From contig DATCDU010000020.1 in NCBI GenBank assembly GCA_036510525.1, forward strand, positions 246 to 64,245: a DNA stretch of 64,000 nt, written 5' to 3'. Every line of letters starts with the position of its first letter. The stretch's first letter is position 1. The stretch comes from Minisyncoccota bacterium. Its GTDB lineage: Bacteria > Patescibacteriota > Minisyncoccia > UBA6257 > 2-01-FULL-56-20. The notes beneath the pieces were generated by a model. It ran no database searches and was not told the origin of the DNA. It saw nothing but the letters and a program-made list of their open reading frames with translations. The position numbers were made by a program, and so were the translations under genes. This document shows positions 57,456-64,000 of the stretch, in pieces.

Positions 57456-59167
57456 TCCCGGATGACGCGCAGCACTTCCTCCAACGTTGTCTGCGCGAGC
57501 TCCACCTTGCGCAATCCATCCTCGAACATCGTCTTCATGCCTTCTGCCTGTGCTTGCTCGCGCAGGGATTCTAAACTAAATGTTGGCTTCACAATGATCT
57601 CCTTTATCTTCTCATCCACCTGGAACGCTTCGTAGATGCCTTGACGGCCACGATATCCCGTCATACCGCAGGCGGAACATCCTTTTCCGGCATAGAGCGT
57701 CTTCGGGATGCGCACGTTTGCCGGATCAAGACCATTCTCTTTAAGCTGGACCGCAAGCGTGGCATTGATCGAATCATCCAGATCATAGGAATAGATGCAG
57801 GTCTGGCAGATCTTTCGTACGAGTCGCTGCGCGAGCACGAGGTTCAACACCGAGCTCACGAGGAACGGCGGGATGTTCATGTCGAAGAAACGTGGCACTG
57901 CCGTCGGCGCATCGTTCGTGTGAAGCGAGGAGAGCAAAAGATGTCCGGTGAGCGCCGCCTGCACGGCGATGTCGGCGGTCTCCGCGTCGCGGATCTCACC
58001 GACCATGATGATGTTCGGATCCTGGCGCAGGAGCGCGCGGAGTCCGGATGCAAAGGTGACGCCTGCCTGCGGATTGATCTGCGTCTGATTCACGTAGCGC
58101 ATGTTGTACTCGATCGGGTCCTCTACGGTCGTCACATTCACCTCCGGGCGATTCAGCATGTTCATGAGCGCGTACAACGTGGTCGTCTTTCCGGAACCGG
58201 TCGGCCCGCACGAGATGAGCATCCCGAAAGATTTTTTGAGATTGTCGGAAACGGTCTTTGAAACCTCCGGCGACATGCCGAGTTCTTCAAGCGAGAGCGG
58301 CTTCTGTGATGACTCGAGCAGACGCATTTCCACCTTTTCGCCGTAGAACGTGGGCATCGTGGAGACGCGGACATCGATCTCCTGACCGCCCAGCTCGTAG
58401 CGGAACCGGCCGTCCTGCGGCACAAAATGTTCGTCGATCTTGAGCCCCGCCAGAAGTTTTATGCGCGCGACGATCCCCGGATGTACCGCCTTCGTGATGT
58501 CCATTACCTGATAGAGAATACCGTCAACGCGATAGCGAATGAAGGTCGATTCTTCTAATATTTCAATATGAATATCCGAAGCGCGGGACGCGAGCGCGTA
58601 CGAAAGGATGTTGTCCACGATGCCGACGATAGGAAGATCTTTCGCCGCCTCCGCGCCATCCTTCGACTGGCTCGTGAGCGACGCGCGCACGTTCTCGTCG
58701 ATGATCTTCTTGAAATCCTGCCCGAGCTCATAACCGTACACGGAAAACCCATGATTGAGATCGTCCACGGACGCAAGGAACGGTTTCACCTTTCCACCCA
58801 GCCGCTGGGAAAGGAACTCGCGCGTCTCAAGATCGGAGGGATCCACCATCGCCACGTCGTACGTGCCGTCCTCCTCCTTATTGAAGACGATCGCCTGCCG
58901 CTGGCGCGCGACGCCTTCGGCGAGAAGATTCACCGTATCCTTATCGATCTTCCCCGTACTGAGATCCGCGCGGGGAACGCCGAGCAGCCCGGCGATGATG
59001 TCATCCAAATAGCTCCTTTCCACGATCTTTTCGGAGACCATGATATCGATCACGCTCTGACCCTTACGTTCGGCCTCTTGATAGAGCTCATCAAACCGCT
59101 CAGGAGCGACAAGATTTTGGTCCACTAATATTTTTTTGAGCTGATCCGGGGAGATCGGGAGTTTCAT
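57452..59167 (-). CDS. pilB: Type IV pilus extension ATPase (GspE/PilB)
   Basis: ASDIHIE, GPTGSGKTTT, LRQDPNIIMVGEIRD, LHTND, CxxC pairs. Confidence 0.95.
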   Translation of the reverse strand: MKLPISPDQLKKILVDQNLVAPERFDELYQEAERKGQSVIDIMVSEKIVERSYLDDIIAGLLGVPRADLSTGKIDKDTVNLLAEGVARQRQAIVFNKEEDGTYDVAMVDPSDLETREFLSQRLGGKVKPFLASVDDLNHGFSVYGYELGQDFKKIIDENVRASLTSQSKDGAEAAKDLPIVGIVDNILSYALASRASDIHIEILEESTFIRYRVDGILYQVMDITKAVHPGIVARIKLLAGLKIDEHFVPQDGRFRYELGGQEIDVRVSTMPTFYGEKVEMRLLESSQKPLSLEELGMSPEVSKTVSDNLKKSFGMLISCGPTGSGKTTTLYALMNMLNRPEVNVTTVEDPIEYNMRYVNQTQINPQAGVTFASGLRALLRQDPNIIMVGEIRDAETADIAVQAALTGHLLLSSLHTNDAPTAVPRFFDMNIPPFLVSSVLNLVLAQRLVRKICQTCIYSYDLDDSINATLAVQLKENGLDPANVRIPKTLYAGKGCSACGMTGYRGRQGIYEAFQVDEKIKEIIVKPTFSLESLREQAQAEGMKTMFEDGLRKVELAQTTLEEVLRVIRE

Positions 59168-59210
59168 AGGATACTATTATTCACTAATCATACCAAAGCA
59201 TCGGGCAAAA

Positions 59211-59242
59211 CAAAAAGCGTCCAGCAAACCGGACGCTTTTTG
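59211..59242 (-). terminator. Pilin gene terminator
   Basis: CAAAAAGCGTCC/GGACGCTTTTTG hairpin. Confidence 0.75.
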
Positions 59243-59262
59243 AAATAACAGAGGTGAAGCTG

Positions 59263-59898
59263 TTATAGCTGCAGATTCGAACCCTGCTCGTACGTACACA
59301 CACTGTTTCCACCATCGGACGAAACCACATCAGAAGGACCACCTTGGCTATACTTAGCGCTTTCCATATGAGTCGCAAGCTTGTAGGTCGTTTGCGCACC
59401 CACATACATATAGAGATTTGTGCCAGTATTGGTCGGATCTACAGGCAAAGAACCAATGGGAGCCCCCGAACTGATCGCTCCGAAATTGATGGGAACCCAT
59501 CCAGTGCCGTTGATCGAGCGCGCCGCTGTACTCGCAACCGTTTCCCCTGCCAAGAATCCCCAACCACCGACGGCGGGAGTTCCGGTGACACATCCCGTGG
59601 TACTGGTCGCTATAGCAACAGTGACGCCGGCAATTGGCCCCGAATAAAAGATGGTACTTGTGGTGCTGGTGCTTGAGCCACTCATCCATGTCGTGGTTGC
59701 CACGTCCTCCGAATACAGCCCAAGCGCGCTCTTCAGCGTTGCAAAGTCGGAGATGCGGTTGGAGTCCCTCGCCTGACGCAGAAGCTCCGCGGGGTTCAGA
59801 GTAAGGACAACGACCACCGCCAAAATCGCGATGATCGCGATGACGACGAGCAATTCGATGAGGGTAAAGCCTTTTCTATTTTTATTGTTTTTTATCAT
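59263..59898 (-). CDS. Major type IV pilin
   Basis: RKG|FTLIELLVVIAIIAIL; ARDSNRISD; LPVDP; own promoter and terminator. Confidence 0.92.
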   Translation of the reverse strand: MIKNNKNRKGFTLIELLVVIAIIAILAVVVVLTLNPAELLRQARDSNRISDFATLKSALGLYSEDVATTTWMSGSSTSTTSTIFYSGPIAGVTVAIATSTTGCVTGTPAVGGWGFLAGETVASTAARSINGTGWVPINFGAISSGAPIGSLPVDPTNTGTNLYMYVGAQTTYKLATHMESAKYSQGGPSDVVSSDGGNSVCTYEQGSNLQL

Positions 59899-59985
59899 TC
59901 TTTTTCTCTAAATAGATATCGAGGGAACTTCGACCTTTCCATCTATTCTCTTACTTACCATTATACGATATTTGGAAAATAGCCC

Positions 59986-59994
59986 TGTGGATAA
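59986..59994 (-). promoter_or_regulatory. DnaA box upstream of the pilin promoter
   Basis: TGTGGATAA (TTATCCACA on minus), about 20 nt upstream of TATAAT at 59960-59965. Confidence 0.4.
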
Positions 59995-60008
59995 GCGACT
60001 GGGCGGGC

Positions 60009-60713
60009 CTACGCGCCAAAATCTGCCGGGAGCGGCGACTCGAACTCAAAGCGGTTTCCGGCATCGTCAGAAAAGGTGATCGCCCCCGCGTGGAGCATCA
60101 GGCGTCCGGCGCCGACGACCCCGCCAGCCCCTATTTTCCTTCCATACAACGCATCCCCCACGATCGGGTGCCCGATGCTCGCGAGGTGTACGCGGATCTG
60201 GTGGGTGCGCCCGGTCTTTGGGTTCACCTTTAATAGAGCGCGATCGCCCATGGCCTTTACTACGGAATATTCTGTAATGGCGGCCTTCGCCATCTTGGTA
60301 GAATGGATGCTCCGCTTGAGCGACCCGTTCTTGATGCCGATGGGGGCATCGATGATCCCCTGTTTTTTTGCGAGCCCACCCCACACGACCGCGAAATATG
60401 TTTTCTGCATGCGATGCTCCTGAAATAATTTTTTGAGCTGATCGAACGACGCTTGCGTTTTTGCGACGAGCATCACGCCGGACGTCGCTTTGTCCAGGCG
60501 GTGCACGATGCCCGGTCGGAGCGCCGGGTCGTCGCCCACTTTTTTTATTTCGGGATACCGCACGATGAGCCAGTCGACGAGCGTCGGTTCGGCTTCTCGA
60601 ACCACGGCACTACGCCGCTTGCTGCTTATCCGCGCCCCGTGCACCATCAATCCCGCCGGTTTGTCGACGACGACGAAATCCTCGTTCTCAAAAATGATCT
60701 TCGGCTCACTCAT
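60009..60713 (-). CDS. RluA-family pseudouridine synthase
   Basis: VDKPAGL, VHRLDKATSG, TGRTHQIRVH, PIVGD.LY. Confidence 0.95.
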   Translation of the reverse strand: MSEPKIIFENEDFVVVDKPAGLMVHGARISSKRRSAVVREAEPTLVDWLIVRYPEIKKVGDDPALRPGIVHRLDKATSGVMLVAKTQASFDQLKKLFQEHRMQKTYFAVVWGGLAKKQGIIDAPIGIKNGSLKRSIHSTKMAKAAITEYSVVKAMGDRALLKVNPKTGRTHQIRVHLASIGHPIVGDALYGRKIGAGGVVGAGRLMLHAGAITFSDDAGNRFEFESPLPADFGA

Positions 60714-60741
60714 ATATTTATATTTTCATCTTACCTTTCGA

Positions 60742-60868
60742 GCGCACCATAAGAAAGTACTCCTCTTCAAAAGGTGTCTCGGAGCCGCGAAGGCGGCGAG
60801 AGCCAAGGCGGCCGGCTAGTAAGCCGGAACGCCGTCCTTTTGAAGAGGAGTACTTTCTTATGGTGCGC
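60742..60868. repeat. Palindromic element family 2, copy 2
   Basis: 33-bp perfect arms (including the last 8 nt of tRNA-Ile) around a 61-nt core containing TCGGAGCCGCGAAGGCGGCGAGA. Confidence 0.85.
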
Positions 60869-60935
60869 GTACTTGGAATCGAACCAAGGACCTTTTCATT
60901 ATCAGTGAAATGCTCTACCACTGAGCTACACGCGC
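60861..60935 (-). tRNA. tRNA-Ile(GAT)
   Basis: GCGCGTG/TACGCGC acceptor, CT-GAT-AA loop, GGTTCGATTCC, encoded CCA. Confidence 0.95.
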
Positions 60936-60951
60936 GTGTGCCAACGCTCTG

Positions 60952-61023
60952 TGCGCGATGGAGGGATCGGACCTCCGGCCTTCACAATGTCAATGTGACG
61001 CTCTACCACTGAGCTAATCGCGC
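60952..61023 (-). tRNA. tRNA-Val(GAC)
   Basis: GCGCGAT/ATCGCGC acceptor, TT-GAC-AT loop; T loop TCCGATC. Confidence 0.9.
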
Positions 61024-61099
61024 CGCATGCTGCCGCGCAGGCATGGTTCATCATACGGCCTCACCGACATTTTTTCAATAGATGCTGTCCTGCGTCGGC

Positions 61100-61333
61100 C
61101 TAATTCCCGGAAGTGGAAGTGTTGATGTTGATCAACCCGCGGTAATCAAGCTTCGCGGCGGCGGCGAGGTCGTAGCCGGTGACGCTTGCCGGCGCGGGAG
61201 TGACGAGCGCGCTATGGAGCTCTGCAACCGCATCATTGATGGCCCAGGAATAGAACGTGATCAGGACAGCCAGGAAAATTATCGCGAGAGCGCCGATGAT
61301 AAAGTTGGGATATTTGTGCAGGAGTTTCTTCAT
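61100..61333 (-). CDS. Small single-TM protein (pilus-associated context)
   Basis: One TM helix; directly follows the PilO-like gene. Confidence 0.65.
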   Translation of the reverse strand: MKKLLHKYPNFIIGALAIIFLAVLITFYSWAINDAVAELHSALVTPAPASVTGYDLAAAAKLDYRGLININTSTSGN

Positions 61334-61341
61334 GGTGATGA

Positions 61342-61875
61342 TCAGCGGGAAAATAATATCCCCTGCCCTGTTATTTTCTGATTCGCTCCGTCGCTTACCA
61401 CGTCAAACGAGCTCACGGTCAGGAGGAACCCCGGCGCCGTGGCATTCATGCTGTTCAGAAAAGCGGTGAGGTTGCTTGGTGAGCCGTCGGCGGTGAAAGA
61501 AAATTGCGCGGTGCCGGCAGTGGCAGCCGTGGCGGGAGACGCGGAACCCTGTAATACCGCGTCCGTCGTCACGTTGTATCGCGCGCCAAGCGTGGACAGC
61601 CATTGCGGGAATGTCACGAGACTGAACTGGTCGGGAATGATCTGAGTGATCGCCTCTTGATATTGCGCCGCCTGCGGGACGGCCGCCTCAAGCTGTGCGA
61701 GGGTGGAGACCGCATCGGTCTTCTCTTGGATGGTCTGGCGGTCGGTCGTTATCATGCTTGCCTGGGCGGATATCTCACCCGCGAGAAAAACCAGCACACC
61801 AACGGCGATGGCAATACTGCCGAGAATAACTCCCCCGCTTATCCATAATTGCTTCGCAAAGCGATCCTTGACCAT
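61342..61875 (-). CDS. PilO-like protein
   Basis: TM, coiled coil, IIPD, ferredoxin-like C-terminus (G....L.AFL..M). Confidence 0.6.
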   Translation of the reverse strand: MVKDRFAKQLWISGGVILGSIAIAVGVLVFLAGEISAQASMITTDRQTIQEKTDAVSTLAQLEAAVPQAAQYQEAITQIIPDQFSLVTFPQWLSTLGARYNVTTDAVLQGSASPATAATAGTAQFSFTADGSPSNLTAFLNSMNATAPGFLLTVSSFDVVSDGANQKITGQGILFSR

Positions 61876-61981
61876 TACCCTTCTATTATAGCTAAAATAG
61901 GAAATTAAATCACGATTAAATCATATTTCTTGATTTTCATAAAAACTGCTAACCTCAAACGGCCATTTAAAAAAATATTTC

Positions 61982-63055
61982 ATGAACGAAGCACATTACT
62001 ATAATTCCATCGCCCTCGTGACGCACAGCGGCTACGCCACGATGAAAAGATATCGCGCGGCGGCCGGCGGAAGCTGGGAAGCGGCATACCATATGCTCCG
62101 GGGAAATCCGGCGCTCATCCCTGAAGATGCTCCGCCACTCCCCGATGCCCGCGAAGCGTACGAATATATGGAATCATTTGGCATCAGATTGGTGCTCAAT
62201 ACGGAAAGGGAATTTCCCGAAGCGCTCCGCCATATTCCATACCCACCATTCGGCATTTATCTCCGCGGCGGCAATGGAGCAAAGGCGGCGGGAGCGTTTC
62301 CATCCATGTCCGCGACGCTCGCCGTCGTCGGCACGCGCCGGGCGAGCGCGGATGGGAAAAAGATCGCGCGCTCGTTCGCGCGTGAGCTCGCGGGCGCCGG
62401 CTTCACGATCGCGAGCGGCCTTGCGTTTGGCATCGACGGCGCGGCACACGAGGGCGCGCTCGACGCCGGTGGCGCAACCGTCGCCGTCCTCGCCGGAGGA
62501 TTAGACGCCGTCTATCCGCATTCGCACCGCGGGCTCGCCGAGCGAATCCTCGCAAGCGGCGGCACGCTCGTCTCGGAATATCCGCCTGGCGAGGCGCCGC
62601 TCGCGTATCGGTTCATCGAACGAAATCGGATCATGAGCGGCATCTCGCGTGGGGCGCTCATCGTGGAAGCACCGGAATCCTCCGGGGCGCTCGCCACCGC
62701 GCGCTACGCCGTGGAACAGGATCGGGAGGTGTTCGTCGTGCCCGGCGCGGTAACGGCTTCCGGCTTCAAGGGCTCGCACGCGCTTATCCGTCAAGGGGCC
62801 GAGCTCGTCACCTCGCCAGACGATATTTTGAGCGCTTACGACATTGATAAAAAGAAAAGTGTGCTCGCGGCCCAGGAAACGTCGTCACCTGAAGAAATCC
62901 TTGTTCTCAAAGCACTCGCGGACATTTCCGCGCCTGCCGATGTTGACAAATTGATCGCATTGACTAGACTTGAACCTCGCATCGTGAATCGTGTCCTCAG
63001 CTTCCTTTTGTTGCGTGGGATCGTCAAAGAAACGGACGCAGGGTATACAATATAA
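61982..63055 (+). CDS. dprA: DNA-processing protein DprA
   Basis: AVVGTR, SGLAFGIDGAAH, SEYP, RNRIMSG, SGALATA, LIRQGA. Confidence 0.96.
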   Translation: MNEAHYYNSIALVTHSGYATMKRYRAAAGGSWEAAYHMLRGNPALIPEDAPPLPDAREAYEYMESFGIRLVLNTEREFPEALRHIPYPPFGIYLRGGNGAKAAGAFPSMSATLAVVGTRRASADGKKIARSFARELAGAGFTIASGLAFGIDGAAHEGALDAGGATVAVLAGGLDAVYPHSHRGLAERILASGGTLVSEYPPGEAPLAYRFIERNRIMSGISRGALIVEAPESSGALATARYAVEQDREVFVVPGAVTASGFKGSHALIRQGAELVTSPDDILSAYDIDKKKSVLAAQETSSPEEILVLKALADISAPADVDKLIALTRLEPRIVNRVLSFLLLRGIVKETDAGYTI

Positions 63056-63060
63056 AAAAC

Positions 63061-64000
63061 ATGGACCTCATCATCGTAGAATCGCCAACCAAGGCGAAGA
63101 CCATAAGTAAATTCGTCGGCAAAGGTTTTGCCGTCGAGTCGTCGTACGGCCACATCCGCGACCTTCCTAAAAGCAAGATCGGCATCGATGTCGCGCACGA
63201 CTTCACGCCGAGCTATAGCATTCCCGCAAAGGCTGTGCCCGTCGTGGCAAATTTAAAGGCGCTCGCAAAGAAGGCGGATAAGGTCATCCTCGCGACTGAC
63301 GAGGACCGCGAGGGCGAAGCGATCGCGTGGCACCTCGTGAACGCGCTCGGCCTTGATGAGAAAAAAACGGCGCGGCCATACGAACGCATCGCCTTCCACG
63401 AGATCACGAAGAACGCGATCTTGGAGGCGCTTGAGCATCCGCGGGCGCTCGACATCAATCTCGTTGATGCTCAGCAGGCGCGGCGCGTGCTCGACCGGCT
63501 CGTCGGTTACGAGCTGTCGCCGTTCCTCTGGCGCAAGATCCGCTACGGCCTTTCCGCCGGACGCGTACAGAGCGTGGCGGTGCGGCTCGTCGTGGAACGC
63601 GAGCGCCTGATCCAGGCATTTAATAAAGAGGAGTACTGGACGATTGAGGCGTCGTTCCTACCGCCAAAGGGAAAGACCGCGTTCCCTGCCGTATTGAATT
63701 CCATCAATGGGAAAGCGGTCGGTAAAATGGGCATAAAGAGCGGCGCCGAAGCGAGCTCTATTATAGAGGGACTGAAGGGCGCGGAGTATCGCATCGCGGA
63801 CATCGGCGTGAAGGAAGTGCGCCGGAATCCGTCAGCGCCATTCACCACATCCACGCTCCAGCAGGAGGCGGCGCGCAAGCTCGGCTTTAGCGCAAAGCAG
63901 ACGATGGTCATCGCCCAACACTTGTACGAGAACGGTCACATCACCTATATGAGGACCGACAGCGTGAACCTCGCGGCGTCCGCGCTTGCGACGGCACACG
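63061..64000 (+). CDS. topA: DNA topoisomerase I (runs off window edge)
   Basis: MDLIIVESPTKAKTI, GHIRDLP, ATDEDREGEAIAWH, SAGRVQS, FTTSTLQQEA, ITYMRTDS. Confidence 0.96.
   Translation, partial: MDLIIVESPTKAKTISKFVGKGFAVESSYGHIRDLPKSKIGIDVAHDFTPSYSIPAKAVPVVANLKALAKKADKVILATDEDREGEAIAWHLVNALGLDEKKTARPYERIAFHEITKNAILEALEHPRALDINLVDAQQARRVLDRLVGYELSPFLWRKIRYGLSAGRVQSVAVRLVVERERLIQAFNKEEYWTIEASFLPPKGKTAFPAVLNSINGKAVGKMGIKSGAEASSIIEGLKGAEYRIADIGVKEVRRNPSAPFTTSTLQQEAARKLGFSAKQTMVIAQHLYENGHITYMRTDSVNLAASALATAH

Noticed and set aside
1-64000. CRISPR array, rRNA genes, intact transposase, stop-codon recoding
   Set aside because: No regularly spaced repeat-spacer array, rRNA or transposase motif seen; conserved genes are intact under code 11 and several end in TGA.

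Overview
Bacterial chromosome segment, standard genetic code. Gene content points to Patescibacteria (CPR, Parcubacteria-like); this is inferred from the type IV pilus cluster, ftsA-ftsZ, rpsU-yqeY-ybeY, dprA-topA, a cyoABCDE island and an intron-split tRNA-Asn. Left to right: lamin-tail secreted protein; class Ic-type nrdA/nrdB interrupted by a hicB/hicA-like module and an orphan structured RNA; tRNA-Asn with a group I intron; a mosaic island (~8.1-19.7 kb) with RM and recombinase chimeras, terminase-like genes and tRNA-Cys; envelope genes; cyo operon; a signalling locus; housekeeping genes; the pilus cluster; tRNA-Ile/tRNA-Val; dprA; topA (partial). Two candidate undescribed systems stand out. 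(1) Two homologous non-coding cassettes (30406-30670 +, 57040-57319 -): identical promoter motif, short terminated RNA, then an aberrant G3:U70 tRNA-Ala-like element. In each, 12 nt just before the terminator are exactly complementary to that locus's own anticodon arm, starting at base 34. (2) A ComQXPA-like locus: response regulator, unannotated 36-aa peptide ending FLSWDGA, membrane His kinase, and a fused class II terpene cyclase / DDxxD prenyltransferase-like enzyme. Also notable are two families of palindromic elements with conserved cores and long locus-specific perfect arms. All protein calls are from motif recognition by eye; no database searches were run.
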